A stretch of DNA of 64,000 nt from assembly GCA_963666565.1 (NCBI GenBank), contig OY762911.1, positions 3,392,001 to 3,456,000 of the forward strand, read 5' to 3'. Below are positions 19,821 through 31,970 of the stretch, in pieces. The first letter of the stretch is position 1; the number at the start of each line of letters is the position of its first letter. Source of the DNA: Thermoanaerobaculia bacterium (lineage in GTDB: Bacteria > Acidobacteriota > Thermoanaerobaculia > Multivoradales > Multivoraceae). The translations under genes and the position numbers were made by a program. The notes beneath the pieces were generated by a model that worked only from the letters and a program-made list of their open reading frames with translations, did no database searches and was not told the DNA's origin.

Positions 19821-21049
19821 GATGCCGCGCCCGCGAACAGCTCCAGCAGCCGGCCCGCCAGTTCGTCCTTCGACTGCTTCGGAAACCGCTCCGCTTCCCC
19901 GTTGCCCCCGAAGACGACGACCTCGTTGTCGGCGGACTCGAAACCGATGTCCCGCCGGGAGACGTCGTTGGCCACGATCCAGTGCGCGCGCTTGGCTTTC
20001 AGCTTGGCTCGCGCGAAGCGCTCGAGCTCCTCCGTCTCGGCGGCGAAGCCGACCCGGATCGCCTTCGGCGCCGCGGCCGCCAGGCCGGCAAGCAGGTCCG
20101 GGTTCTGCTCGAGCTCCAGCACCAGGCCGTCGCCGCCCGATTTCTTCAGCTTCTGCGCCGCGCATTCGCGGGGCCGGTAGTCGGCGACGGCGGCGGCCAT
20201 GATCACGAGGTCCGCGTCCGCCGCGGCCTCCTGGAGCGCCGCTTCCATCGCCGCCGCCGACACGACGTCGACGCGCCGTACGCCGGCGGGGGTCTCGAGC
20301 TTCACCGGGCCGGCGATCAGCGTCACGACCGCGCCCCGAATCGCCGCCTGACGCGCCAGAGCGAAACCCATGCGGCCGCTCGACCGGTTGCCGAGGAAAC
20401 GCACCGGGTCGATCGCCTCGTAGGTCGGGCCGGCGGTCACGACGACCTTGCCGCCGGCGAGCGGACCCACCGCGGCGCCTTCGCCGCCCTCGGGCAGGGC
20501 GAGGATGCGGCTCACCGCGTCGACGACCGCCTCCGGTTCGGCCATCCGCCCCCAACCCCGCTCGCCCGAAGCCAGCGCGCCTTCTACCGGGCCGACGATC
20601 TCGACGCCGCGGTCGCGCAGAGCGGCCACGCCGGCCTCCACCGGGGCCTTCCGCCACATCGCGTCGTGCATGGCCGGCGCCACCACGACCGGCCCCTCGA
20701 ACATCAGCGCGGCGGTGCTCAGGAAGTCGTCCGCCAGCCCCAGGGCCAGCCGGGCCAGCGTGTTCGCCGTCGCCGGCGCGATGCAGAGCAGGTCGGCCCA
20801 TTGCGCGGCCTCGACGTGCAGCTCCGCGCCGTCCGTGCCGCCGTCCCGCGAGAGATAGTCCTGACCGTAGACCCGCTCGCCGCTCAGCACTTCCAGGGTG
20901 AGCGGCGAGACGAAGCTCTCGGCGGCCAGCGTCGGCGCGCAGCGCACGTCCATGCCGCGCTCGCGCAGGCGGCGGACCAGGTAGGCCCCCTTGTAGGCGG
21001 CGATGCCGCCGGTGATTCCCAGGAGAACTCTGGCCGCCCGTTCAGGCAC
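19817..21049 (-). CDS. coaBC: Phosphopantothenoylcysteine decarboxylase/ligase
   Basis: GGIAAYK, APATAN, PAMH, TAGPT.EAIDPVRFLGNRSSGRMG, AAVADY, GFAAET. Confidence 0.96.
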   Translation of the reverse strand: MPERAARVLLGITGGIAAYKGAYLVRRLRERGMDVRCAPTLAAESFVSPLTLEVLSGERVYGQDYLSRDGGTDGAELHVEAAQWADLLCIAPATANTLARLALGLADDFLSTAALMFEGPVVVAPAMHDAMWRKAPVEAGVAALRDRGVEIVGPVEGALASGERGWGRMAEPEAVVDAVSRILALPEGGEGAAVGPLAGGKVVVTAGPTYEAIDPVRFLGNRSSGRMGFALARQAAIRGAVVTLIAGPVKLETPAGVRRVDVVSAAAMEAALQEAAADADLVIMAAAVADYRPRECAAQKLKKSGGDGLVLELEQNPDLLAGLAAAAPKAIRVGFAAETEELERFARAKLKAKRAHWIVANDVSRRDIGFESADNEVVVFGGNGEAERFPKQSKDELAGRLLELFAGAAS

Positions 21050-21076
21050 CTGTACCGTCCTGACGCGGCGGGCCGG

Positions 21077-21346
21077 TCAGTTGACGGCGCCGGGGGGCCC
21101 CAAGCCGCCGTGCTCCGCGTCCGCGCCCTCTTCGTCGGCGCCGTCTTCCGACGACTCGGGCGCCTCGCCGTAGTCCCACTCGACGAGTTCGTTCTGGATC
21201 TCCTTCATGGCGTGCCGCGCGAGCTTCGGGCTCTCCCGCGGCATCCTCTCCTGGGCGCCCCGGATCAACTGCTCGGCACGGCGCGCGGCGAGGAGCACGT
21301 AACGGAACTTGCTGTCGATCTTCTCAGGAATACGGTTCATGTGCAT
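21077..21346 (-). CDS. rpoZ: RNA polymerase omega subunit (start may be 21340)
   Basis: IDSKFRYVLLAARRAEQL; located between gmk and coaBC. Confidence 0.9.
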   Translation of the reverse strand: MHMNRIPEKIDSKFRYVLLAARRAEQLIRGAQERMPRESPKLARHAMKEIQNELVEWDYGEAPESSEDGADEEGADAEHGGLGPPGAVN

Positions 21347-22022
21347 GAAAGTCCGCCAGAACGCGCTTCACGCGTTCCCGCATTCGCCCCCTCCGCTGTC
21401 GTTTCTCGAGAATGATGGCCGCCAGTACCGTGCTCGCGGCCTCAGCGCGGTCGTTGACGATAACATAGTCGTAGTCCCAGACCCGGTCCACTTCGCCCAG
21501 CGAGCCGGCCAGACGCTGGTCGATTTCGGGCGCGCCGTCCAGGTCCCGCCCCCGCAGCCGGGACACGAGCGCTTCGTAGCTGGGCGGCATGACGAAGATG
21601 CCCCAGACCGCGGTCCGCAGGAGGCCCCCGGTGCCGCCGGGCAGGGACATCACCTGCCTGGCGCCCTGCACGTCGATGTCGAGCAGGACGTCGACTCCCC
21701 GCCCGATGCGCGGCAGCACCTCGTCCGCCGCCGTGCCGTAGAGATTGCCGTGTACCTCCGCCCACTCGAGGAACCGGCCCTCGGCCACCATCCGGTCAAA
21801 CACCGCGCGCTCGACGAAGTGGTAGTCCCGCCCGTCGCGCTCGTTCTCGCGGGGCCGGCGGGTCGTATGGCTGATCGAGAACTCGACCCCCTCGACGAGC
21901 CGCATGCCGTGATGCACCAGCGTCGTCTTGCCGGCGCCCGACGGCGCCGAGAGGATGAACAGTTCCCCCCGGCCGGCGCGCGGCGCCTCCGCGGCGCCCG
22001 GTACCGTGTTCGCGCTGTTCAT
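21324..22022 (-). CDS. gmk: Guanylate kinase
   Basis: SAPSGAGKTT, TTRRPR..E.DGRDYHF, GNLYGT, DIDVQGA. Confidence 0.96.
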   Translation of the reverse strand: MNSANTVPGAAEAPRAGRGELFILSAPSGAGKTTLVHHGMRLVEGVEFSISHTTRRPRENERDGRDYHFVERAVFDRMVAEGRFLEWAEVHGNLYGTAADEVLPRIGRGVDVLLDIDVQGARQVMSLPGGTGGLLRTAVWGIFVMPPSYEALVSRLRGRDLDGAPEIDQRLAGSLGEVDRVWDYDYVIVNDRAEAASTVLAAIILEKRQRRGRMRERVKRVLADFHAHEPYS

Positions 22023-22032
22023 CCGGCTGCAG

Positions 22033-22905
22033 TCATTCGACGTTCTGCGCCTGTTCGCGCAACTGCTCGCAGAGCACCTTACCTTCGACCACCGCGCGCT
22101 GCATCTCCAGGTCGCGGCACTTGGCGCCGACCGTGTTCAACTCGCGCAGAATCTCCTGGCTGAGGAAGACGAGCCGGCGGCCGACCGCCCCTTCCTCCGC
22201 CATCGCCGCGGCGAAGCCGTCGAGGTGGCCTTCCAGACGCTCCAGTTCCTCCTCGATGTCGCTGCGTTCCACCAGCAGCGCGACTTCCTGCACCAGCCGC
22301 GCCGGGTCGAGCCGGTCGCCGTCCGCCAGCAGTTCGCCGACCCGGCGCTCCAGCTCGCCGGCCATCGCGCCGACGACCTCGCCCCGGCGCGCCGCCAGGT
22401 CGCGGACGCGCGCGCGGAGCGAGGCAAGATGCCCCTGCAGCGCATCGGCCAGCACCCGGCCCTCCCGCTCCCGTTCCGCCGCCAGCGACGAGAGCGCGCG
22501 CCGGCAGGCGTCCATCGCCAGCGACCGCTCCTCGGCGCCGGCGCCGGCGCCCGAATCCGGCCGATGCTGCCGTACCGCGGACAAAAGCTCCCCCGCGCCG
22601 AGCGGCGAGTCAACGACGCCCCGCCGGCGCCAGCGCCGGACCGTCGCCAGCAGCGCCTCGACCGCCGCGTCGTCCACGTCGGCCGGCGCGTCAGGCGCCG
22701 GTCCGATCTCGACGCCGATTTCCACCCGGCCCCGACGGACCTCGGCCGCGACCGCCGACCGCAGATCCGGCTCCAGGCGCCTGAGCGGCGGCGGCACGCG
22801 CACCGCGACGTCCAGGCTGCGGTGGTTCACGGAGCGCGCCGTCACCGTCGCGCGGCGCGGACCGTCTCCCGCGGACGCCTCGCCGTAGCCGGTCATGCTC
22901 CTCAT
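22033..22905 (-). CDS. yicC: YicC/YloC family endoribonuclease
   Basis: MRSMTGYG, SVNHR, DIEEELERL, RELNT.GAK, REQAQNVE. Confidence 0.92.
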   Translation of the reverse strand: MRSMTGYGEASAGDGPRRATVTARSVNHRSLDVAVRVPPPLRRLEPDLRSAVAAEVRRGRVEIGVEIGPAPDAPADVDDAAVEALLATVRRWRRRGVVDSPLGAGELLSAVRQHRPDSGAGAGAEERSLAMDACRRALSSLAAEREREGRVLADALQGHLASLRARVRDLAARRGEVVGAMAGELERRVGELLADGDRLDPARLVQEVALLVERSDIEEELERLEGHLDGFAAAMAEEGAVGRRLVFLSQEILRELNTVGAKCRDLEMQRAVVEGKVLCEQLREQAQNVE

Positions 22906-24098
22906 CGCCGCCCTCCTCCTTCGGCAGCCGGAAACAGCCCGAGTTCCTCGAGCAGGCAGCCGGCCGCCCGTTCGCTCGCTCCGGACTCCCCCAGGCTCGG
23001 CCTCAGTTCCGCCAGCGCCGCGCGCATCGCATCGATTCGGCTTCGGCGGCCCAGCAGGCGGGTCGCCGCGGCAGCCATCCGTTCCCCGTCCGCCCGGCCC
23101 TGCAGCAGTTCCGGCACCGCCGGGCGGCCCAGAACCAGGTTGACCAGGCTGACGAAGGGCAGATCCACCAGCAGGCGCCCGATCGCGTACGTGAGGGGCG
23201 AGACCCGGTAGACCACGACCATGGGCGTTCCGAGAAGTCCGACCTCGAGGGTCGCCGTGCCGGAGGCGCAGAACGCGAGATGAGAACCCGCGACCGCGGC
23301 GAAGCGGTCCGAGCGCACGATCTCCAGCGCGTCTTCGTTCAGCGGCCCCCTGGCGATCAGGCGCCGGACCAGATCCGGATCGACCGTGGGCGCCTGGATC
23401 AGACGAACCAGGCCCGCCGGCCCCGCACCGCCGGCCAGGGCCGCCGCCGCCCTCAGCATGGGCGGCAGGATCCGGCGAACCTCGCTGTTGCGCGAGCCGG
23501 GAAGCAGCGCGAGCACGGGCCGTTCCGGCAGTCCCGGCGTCCGTTCCCACGCCGACTCGAGTTCCGGAACGTCGTCGACCAGCGGGTGGCCCACGTGATC
23601 CACGCGGAGGTCGCGACCCCGGTAGACCTCCACCTCGAACGGAAAGAGGACGAGCATGCGCTCGACGAGGCGCGCGATCGTCCGCACCCGCCGCCGGCGC
23701 CACGCCCACACCTGGGGCGAAACGTAGTACAGCACCGGCACGCCGCGGCGGTGGAGCCGGCGCGCGAGCCGCAGGTTGAAGTCGGGAAAGTCGACGAGGA
23801 CGGCCAGGCGGGGCCGGCGCTCGTCGGCCGCCCGCAGCAGCCCGTGGAAGACGCGGCGGATCCGCGGCAGCTCCCTCGCCACCTCGGCGATGCCCACGAC
23901 GGCGACCTCGTCGCTGTGGGCGACCGCGTCGAGCCCGGCCGCGGCCATCGCGTCGCCGCCGAGCCCGAAGAAGCGGATGGACCGCCGGTCGCCGGCCAGC
24001 CGGGCCGCCGCCGCCATGAGTCCGGCCGCGTGGCGGTCGCCCGAGGCCTCGCCGGCGGAGATCAGGACGTTCAGGGAATCGGCGCTGGCGGCGACCAT
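22902..24098 (-). CDS. lpxB: Lipid-A-disaccharide synthase
   Basis: AGEASGD, DFPDFN, YVSPQVWAWR, GHPLVD, LPGSR..E, SGTATLE. Confidence 0.95.
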   Translation of the reverse strand: MVAASADSLNVLISAGEASGDRHAAGLMAAAARLAGDRRSIRFFGLGGDAMAAAGLDAVAHSDEVAVVGIAEVARELPRIRRVFHGLLRAADERRPRLAVLVDFPDFNLRLARRLHRRGVPVLYYVSPQVWAWRRRRVRTIARLVERMLVLFPFEVEVYRGRDLRVDHVGHPLVDDVPELESAWERTPGLPERPVLALLPGSRNSEVRRILPPMLRAAAALAGGAGPAGLVRLIQAPTVDPDLVRRLIARGPLNEDALEIVRSDRFAAVAGSHLAFCASGTATLEVGLLGTPMVVVYRVSPLTYAIGRLLVDLPFVSLVNLVLGRPAVPELLQGRADGERMAAAATRLLGRRSRIDAMRAALAELRPSLGESGASERAAGCLLEELGLFPAAEGGGRR

Positions 24099-24268
24099 GG
24101 GAACGGGAACATCAGCCAGGCGAGCAGGAGGCCGCCGCCGACCATGCCGGCCATCATCTGGAGGAAGAGCCGCGCCCTGTCCCTGAACCGCCGCCGCCAA
24201 AGCACGGCGAAGAACAGGCTGACCTGCAGCGCGTAGATCACCATCAGGGCGAAGTGGCTCGTCAGCAC
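24071..24268 (-). CDS. Small two-TM membrane protein (65 aa)
   Basis: Two hydrophobic helices; GTG start immediately after the upstream gene; overlaps the lpxB start. Confidence 0.7.
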   Translation of the reverse strand: MLTSHFALMVIYALQVSLFFAVLWRRRFRDRARLFLQMMAGMVGGGLLLAWLMFPFPWSPPAPIP

Positions 24269-24272
24269 GGAG

Positions 24273-24686
24273 TCAGTCCTTCGAGCCGTTGGCGATGTCC
24301 CAGGCGTCGAGCACGGCGAGCAGGTTCAGGAGGCCGGCGGTGAGCAGGAACGCCTTGCCGTACTCGAAGGTCGAAGAGAGGATGTCGCCCCGATACTCCA
24401 CGAGGTAGCGGGCGAGGAAGTAGGGAGCGCCGGCGCCCATCGAACTCAGCGTCGCCAGACGGCTGAGGGGCTGCTCCGGCACGACGACGTAGAGATGGCC
24501 CTGCAGCCAGCACCCGAACAGAAAGGAAAACAGGACGACGCCGCCGACGACGGCGGCCCGCCGGGGCTTCCTCAGCAGCAGGTGGCCGGACCCGGGCAGC
24601 GCCCAGGCCGCCGCCGCGACCAGCAGCGGCCGCAGGAAGCCGTCGGCCTGCGAGGGGGCGCCGGCTGGTGGCGGAGTCTTCGTCAT
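24273..24686 (-). CDS. Membrane protein (possibly DUF6677-like)
   Basis: AWALPGSGH...EYGKAFLLTAGLLNLLAVLDAWD; about 3-4 hydrophobic segments. Confidence 0.75.
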   Translation of the reverse strand: MTKTPPPAGAPSQADGFLRPLLVAAAAWALPGSGHLLLRKPRRAAVVGGVVLFSFLFGCWLQGHLYVVVPEQPLSRLATLSSMGAGAPYFLARYLVEYRGDILSSTFEYGKAFLLTAGLLNLLAVLDAWDIANGSKD

Positions 24687-24744
24687 GCGTGCGCGGCGGG
24701 CTCGGCCACTGGGACCTGGCTGCTTCCTCCAGCCCGCGGCGGGC

Positions 24745-25068
24745 CTACTCGTCGGAGTTGAGGCGTTCCCTGAGTTCCTTGCCGGGCTTGAAGTAGGGGA
24801 TCTTCTTGGACGGAACGTCGACCCTGGCGCCGGTCTTCGGATTGCGGCCGATCCTGGAACCCCGTTCCCGAATGCGGAAGCTGCCGAACCCGCGAAGTTC
24901 GATCTTGTCGCCGTCCTTCAGGGAATCGACGATGCTCTCGAACACCGTGCTGACGATGACCTCGGCGTCCTTCTTCGTCAGGCTGGCGCTCCGGGCCACC
25001 TCCTCGACCAACTGAGCCTTCGTCACGCCCTGGCGGATGTCGGAAGGGAACTGGATCGCGTCTTTCAT
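24745..25068 (-). CDS. ihfB: Integration host factor beta / HU family DNA-binding protein
   Basis: TKAQLV, IELRGFGSF, GRNPKTG, PYFKPGKELRE; directly downstream of rpsA. Confidence 0.88.
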   Translation of the reverse strand: MKDAIQFPSDIRQGVTKAQLVEEVARSASLTKKDAEVIVSTVFESIVDSLKDGDKIELRGFGSFRIRERGSRIGRNPKTGARVDVPSKKIPYFKPGKELRERLNSDE

Positions 25069-25097
25069 TCTCGGCTCCTCCCACGGGTCGGCCGTCG

Positions 25098-27110
<2,013 letters not shown>

Positions 27111-27250
27111 GGGTTCCTGTGTTCTCGCCGCGATCCCTGAGGCCGCGGCGGTACGCGTTTCAAGGTGATTCGGATGGCGACAGGCCGCCCTTGGGCGAAC
27201 CGCCGGGAGCAGCCGCCAGGGGACGAATCGACGCCGGGGTCAGACGGACA

Positions 27251-27279
27251 AGTATAGGGACGGGGCCGCACATGGTCAA
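27251..27279 (-). promoter_or_regulatory. Sigma70 promoter of the rpsA operon
   Basis: TTGACC-17 nt-TATACT on the minus strand. Confidence 0.8.
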
Positions 27280-27318
27280 CCGCTCCGGGCTTCGCTCTTC
27301 GATCCCGCTCGATCGCGC

Positions 27319-28422
27319 TTAGTCCCTGATTTCAAGGGACTTACGGGCCGGGTCGCGGCGCCGGCCCAGACGGTCGAGCGCCCAGCGCGCGTGGCTTCCG
27401 ACGACCGGGTCGCCGCTGCCCAGAGCCTGTTCGAGTACCGGAGCGTAGGCTTCGTCCGCCCGGTTCCCCATCGCGACGGCCGCGTTGCGCCGCAGTCCGG
27501 AGCGGCCGGACCGCTTCATCGGACTGCGCCGGAAGCGGTCGCGGTAGTCGTCCTCGGAGATCGCCAGGAGCGCGGCCAGGTCGAGTTCCGCCCGCTTCGC
27601 AGGCAGCCCGAAGAACCCGCCGCGGCGCCGCCCGGCAGGCGCCGCCCGGCGCCGGTTCCACGGGCAGACCTCCTGGCAGACGTCGCAGCCGAACACCCAG
27701 TCGCCCATCCTGGAGCGCGCATCCTCGGGAATGTCCCCGCGGTGCTCGATCGTCCAGTAGCTGATGCACCGCTCCGCGTCCAGCACGTAGGGCGCCGGCA
27801 GCGCTCCGGTCGGACAGGCGTCCAGGCACCGCCGGCAGTCTCCGCAGAGGTCCTCCGCCAGCGGTTCCGCCGGCTCGAGATCCAGGGTCAGGAAGAGCTC
27901 GCCGAGCAGGAACCAGGAGCCGCTCCGGTCGAGCAGTTGCGTGTTCTTGGCCACGGCGCCGAGGCCGGCCCGCGCCGCCAGGGCCCGCTCCAGCACGGGC
28001 CCGGTATCGACGTAGAGACGCGCGCCGGCGCCCGGAAACGCCCCCCGGATACGCGCGGAGAGCGCGCGCAGGCGGCGCTCCATCACGTCGTGGTAGTCGT
28101 CGCCGCGGGCGTAGCGCGCCACCCGGGGCCAGAGGTCGCCCGCGGGTTCCGGCTCGCCTTCCAGCGGGTGGTAGTGCAGCGCGACGCAGAGCGCCGAGCG
28201 GGCGCCGTCGAGCAGCGTGGCCGGGACCGCGCGGCGGCCCGTCCGGCGGCCAAGCCAGGACATCGAGGCGAAGAGGCCGCGCTCCAGCCGGCGCAGGAAG
28301 GAGGCGCCGGCGCCGGCCTGCGGCGCCAGCGCGGCGACGCCGGCGCGGTCGAAGCCGGCCTCGAGCGCCCAGCCGATCAGCAGGTCGGCGCGGCTCTTCG
28401 GGCTGGCGGCGGGCCCGCTCAC
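27319..28422 (-). CDS. queG: Epoxyqueuosine reductase
   Basis: ARYARGDDYH, VDTGPVLER, CGDCRRCLDACPT, CISYWTIE, GCDVCQEVCPWN. Confidence 0.95.
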   Translation of the reverse strand: MSGPAASPKSRADLLIGWALEAGFDRAGVAALAPQAGAGASFLRRLERGLFASMSWLGRRTGRRAVPATLLDGARSALCVALHYHPLEGEPEPAGDLWPRVARYARGDDYHDVMERRLRALSARIRGAFPGAGARLYVDTGPVLERALAARAGLGAVAKNTQLLDRSGSWFLLGELFLTLDLEPAEPLAEDLCGDCRRCLDACPTGALPAPYVLDAERCISYWTIEHRGDIPEDARSRMGDWVFGCDVCQEVCPWNRRRAAPAGRRRGGFFGLPAKRAELDLAALLAISEDDYRDRFRRSPMKRSGRSGLRRNAAVAMGNRADEAYAPVLEQALGSGDPVVGSHARWALDRLGRRRDPARKSLEIRD

Positions 28423-28925
28423 CGGGCGCGGTCCGGCGGAACCAGGATTTCGAAGCGGGTCGGATGGTCGTCCTCCGGCCCGGCCGGCACCTCCTCCGAC
28501 GCCTCCACTCGCCAGCCGCCGAGCGGAGACAGATCGACCGCCGTGTCGCCTTCGACGTCGGCAAGCACACGGGTCAGGTACACGCGGTCCGCGCAGCGGA
28601 ACGCGGCGGCGAAGAGGCCGGCGCCGCCGATGACGAACAACTCCTCCTCCCCCGCCTCGCGGGCGGCCGCGATCGCATCTTCGAGCGAGCGATGCGGGTG
28701 CGCCCCCGGGGCCTCGAAGTCCGGCCGACCGCTCAGCACGATGCAGGTTCTGCCGGGCAGCGGCCGGCAGCCGATCTCCCGCCAGGTGCGCCGCCCCATG
28801 ACCACGTGGTGGCCCGTCGTCAGCCGCTTGAATCGCCGCACGTCCGTCCGCAGCCGCCAGGGCAGCCGGCCGTCGAGCCCGATCGTGCCGTTGGCCGCCG
28901 CGGCGAGAATCGCCGAGACCTTCAC
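28419..28925 (-). CDS. folA: Dihydrofolate reductase
   Basis: IG.DGRLPW, MGRRTW, RPLPGR, VIGGA. Confidence 0.93.
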   Translation of the reverse strand: MKVSAILAAAANGTIGLDGRLPWRLRTDVRRFKRLTTGHHVVMGRRTWREIGCRPLPGRTCIVLSGRPDFEAPGAHPHRSLEDAIAAAREAGEEELFVIGGAGLFAAAFRCADRVYLTRVLADVEGDTAVDLSPLGGWRVEASEEVPAGPEDDHPTRFEILVPPDRAR

Positions 28926-28950
28926 GCCGCCGCTCCGGCCCCTCGCCCTC

Positions 28951-29745
28951 TCAGACCGCGACCGCGGCGCGGATCGGCGGATGGGGCTCGTAGCCCACGA
29001 GTTCGAAGTCGTCCAGCGTGAAGTCGAAGACGGAACGGACGTCCGGGTTGAGACGCATCGTGGGCAGCGGCCGCGGTTTCCGGCTCAACTGCTCCCGCGC
29101 CTGGTCGACGTGGTTGCGGTACAGGTGGGCGTCGCCGAACGTGTGGACGAACTCGCCGGGCGCCAGGCCGCAGGTCCGGGCGACCATCAGGAGGAGCAGC
29201 GAGTACGAGGCGATGTTGAACGGCACTCCCAGGAACAGGTCGCCACTCCGCTGGTAGAGCTGGCACGAGAGGCGTCCCCCGGCGACGTAGAACTGGAAGA
29301 GCGTGTGGCAGGGCGGCAGGGCCATCGAGTCGACCTCGGCGACGTTCCAGGCGCTGACGATCAAGCGACGCGACGTCGGCTCGCTGCGGATGCGCTCGAT
29401 CACGGCGCCGATCTGGTCGATCGACCGGCCGTCCGGGGCGGGCCAGGACCGCCACTGCGAGCCGTAGACGGGACCGAGGTCGCCGTGCTCGTCCGCCCAT
29501 TCGTCCCAGATCGTCACGCCGTGCCGGTGCAGGTAGTCGACGTTCGTGTCGCCGCGCAGGAACCACAGCAACTCGACGACGATCGACCGCAGATGCAACC
29601 GCTTCGTGGTCAGCAGCGGGAACCCGTCCGCCAGGTCGAAGCGCAACTGCCGGCCGAACACGCTGCGGGTGCCCGTGCCCGTGCGGTCGTCGCGCACCGC
29701 GCCCTCCTCCAGGACTTCCCGCAACAGGTCGAGGTACTGGCGCAT
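28951..29745 (-). CDS. thyA: Thymidylate synthase
   Basis: [35 protein letters not shown]; 264 aa. Confidence 0.98.
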   Translation of the reverse strand: MRQYLDLLREVLEEGAVRDDRTGTGTRSVFGRQLRFDLADGFPLLTTKRLHLRSIVVELLWFLRGDTNVDYLHRHGVTIWDEWADEHGDLGPVYGSQWRSWPAPDGRSIDQIGAVIERIRSEPTSRRLIVSAWNVAEVDSMALPPCHTLFQFYVAGGRLSCQLYQRSGDLFLGVPFNIASYSLLLLMVARTCGLAPGEFVHTFGDAHLYRNHVDQAREQLSRKPRPLPTMRLNPDVRSVFDFTLDDFELVGYEPHPPIRAAVAV

Positions 29746-29805
29746 CGCGGTCGGCTCAGGTTCGCGGCCCCGGCAGCCGGCGAATCGCCGTCACACTAGC
29801 AGCCG

Positions 29806-30732
29806 TCAGGCGTCCTCGAGCAGTCGCAGCAACGCCGTCCTCCGCTCCTCGTCGGCGATTCCGCGGAACTTGCGGCGCAGCCGCCGGCGCAGGTACGCCC
29901 GCTCCCATCGCGGCCGGTGGAGGTCGTAGCAACGCAACTGGGAAGCCCGGTAGAACCGCTCGACTTCGGGCGACAGGATTCGAGTCCCGGACGATCCCGT
30001 CGTGGCGCCGCGCAGGTGCCAGGCGCGGGCGCCCTCGACCTGACGCTGGCGCCAGCCCTTCCGCGCCAGCCGCAACCCCAGGTCGGCGTCTTCGAAGTAC
30101 AGGAAGAAACCCTCGTCGAAGCCGCCGACTTCCTCGAACGCGGCTCGCCGCACGAGCAGGCAGGCCGCCGAGAACCAGCCCCGCCCGAGCAGCGGCCGGA
30201 GCAGCCGCGGCAGCAGGCGATGGTTCCAGGCTCCCCCCTCGAACCGGTTGCGAAACCTCTGGACCGCCTCCCCCGGGACGCCGACGGGAGGCGCCCAGAC
30301 GAACTGCGGCGAGCCGTCCGGGTAGTGAAGGGCGGGCGCGGCAACGCCGAGCCGGGAATCGGCGTCGAGCGCTTTCGCCAGCCGCCGCAGGGACGCTCCG
30401 TCGATCCATGCGTCGGGGTTGAGGAGCAGCAGGTGGCGGCCCGAGGCCTCGCGCGCCGCCAGGTTACAGCCGGCGCCGAAACCGAGGTTGCGTTCCGAGA
30501 CGATCGGCCGCAACCGCATCGACGGAACCGGCGCCTCCGCCTGGACGTCCCGGACCGCTCCCTCCGAGCCGTCCGTCGACGCGTTGTCCACGACGATGGC
30601 CTCCAGGCGTCCACGAGGCGGCGGCCATTCCCCGGCCGCCGCGCACAGCCGCTCCAGGCACTCCCGGAGGTGACGCCCGGCGTTGTGATTGACGATCAGG
30701 ACGCTGACCGCGGGTGCGCCGCTTCCCGTCAC
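29806..30732 (-). CDS. GT2 glycosyltransferase (WbbL/rhamnosyltransferase-like)
   Basis: VDNASTDGS, NLGFGAGCN, LNPD, GGFDEGFFLYFEDAD. Confidence 0.88.
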   Translation of the reverse strand: MTGSGAPAVSVLIVNHNAGRHLRECLERLCAAAGEWPPPRGRLEAIVVDNASTDGSEGAVRDVQAEAPVPSMRLRPIVSERNLGFGAGCNLAAREASGRHLLLLNPDAWIDGASLRRLAKALDADSRLGVAAPALHYPDGSPQFVWAPPVGVPGEAVQRFRNRFEGGAWNHRLLPRLLRPLLGRGWFSAACLLVRRAAFEEVGGFDEGFFLYFEDADLGLRLARKGWRQRQVEGARAWHLRGATTGSSGTRILSPEVERFYRASQLRCYDLHRPRWERAYLRRRLRRKFRGIADEERRTALLRLLEDA

Positions 30733-31970
30733 GAGGGCCGTCCTCCGGCTGCCCGCCACGCGGTCTCCACTTCGATCGCGAACTGCTCCGCCGCCCGCGC
30801 CCAGGTCAGCGACCGGAGACGCTCCGGTCCCTCGGCCTGGACGGCGCCCCGTGCCTCGCGATCGAACAGCAGCCGCCGCAACCCCTGGGTCACCGCGTCC
30901 ACGTCCAGCCGGTCGCATCGGAGCGGATAGTCGGGCCAGAGTTCGAGCAGCGCCGGCGCGTCCGCCACGAGCGCCGGCACGCCGGCAGCCAGCGACTCGA
31001 GCGGCGGCAGCCCGTAGCCCTCGTACGCGGACACGTAGACCGTCCCGGCGGCGCTCGCGTACAGCTCCGGCAGGATCCGGTCGTCGACATAGCCGGTCCG
31101 GACCACGCGGTCGGCGCAGCCGCTCGTCCGAACCATCCGGTCCAGATCCTCCGGCCGGGGCAACTGGTTGCCGCCGGCGACCACGATCCGAAGCTCGTCG
31201 ACGGCCAACTCGGCCGCGCCGGTCGCCTCCCCGGCCGTCGCCGGCTCTCGCAGCAGCCGGGTCAGGCCCGCCAGCACCAGGTCGAGCCGGCGGCGCGGCA
31301 GGATGGAACCCGGAACCAGCAGGTACGGCCGCCGCACCCCCAGGCTCGTCAGGCTCGCGCTCGCTCCGGCGGCGCCGCGGCGGACCGCGCGTCCGGCCCG
31401 CTCGAAGCGGGGGGACACGCCCAGCGGCGCGACCGCGATCCGCTCCTCCGGCACGCCGTACCGGTTCCGCAGTTCGGCGGCGGTACGGCCCGTGTCGGTC
31501 AGCACCCTGGTCGCCGAGCGGGCGGCGCGGCGCGCGAGAAAGCGCCGACGCCACCTCTCGCGGAAGCCGAAGTCGCGCGGCAGGATCTCGAAGGACACGT
31601 CGTGGATCGTGACGAGAGTGGGTCGAGGGCCCCCGCGAGGAAGGCTGTAACCCGGCGAGAAGAGGATGTCCACGGGTCGCCGCCGGAGAATCCGCGGCAG
31701 CCGGAACTGCTCCCACAGGACCGGATGCGCGCCGGGACGCCCGTCGAACACGGCTTCGCACAAGCGCCCATCCGGCGTCTCCCCGCTCCACAGCGGGTGC
31801 TCGAAGGGATCGCCCCTGAAGAACAGCTTCAGGCGCCAGCCGCGCGCCCGGAGCGTGCCGCGGAGAGCCGCCAGCAGCTCCTCCACGTACCTGCCGACGC
31901 CGGTCGGCGCACCCTCCATCTCGCAGGCGACGACGCCGATGGACTCCGGCCCCGCGGCGCGCCGCGTCAT
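30729..31970 (-). CDS. GT4 glycosyltransferase
   Basis: TGVGRY, TIHDV, YEGYGLPPLES. Confidence 0.87.
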   Translation of the reverse strand: MTRRAAGPESIGVVACEMEGAPTGVGRYVEELLAALRGTLRARGWRLKLFFRGDPFEHPLWSGETPDGRLCEAVFDGRPGAHPVLWEQFRLPRILRRRPVDILFSPGYSLPRGGPRPTLVTIHDVSFEILPRDFGFRERWRRRFLARRAARSATRVLTDTGRTAAELRNRYGVPEERIAVAPLGVSPRFERAGRAVRRGAAGASASLTSLGVRRPYLLVPGSILPRRRLDLVLAGLTRLLREPATAGEATGAAELAVDELRIVVAGGNQLPRPEDLDRMVRTSGCADRVVRTGYVDDRILPELYASAAGTVYVSAYEGYGLPPLESLAAGVPALVADAPALLELWPDYPLRCDRLDVDAVTQGLRRLLFDREARGAVQAEGPERLRSLTWARAAEQFAIEVETAWRAAGGRPS

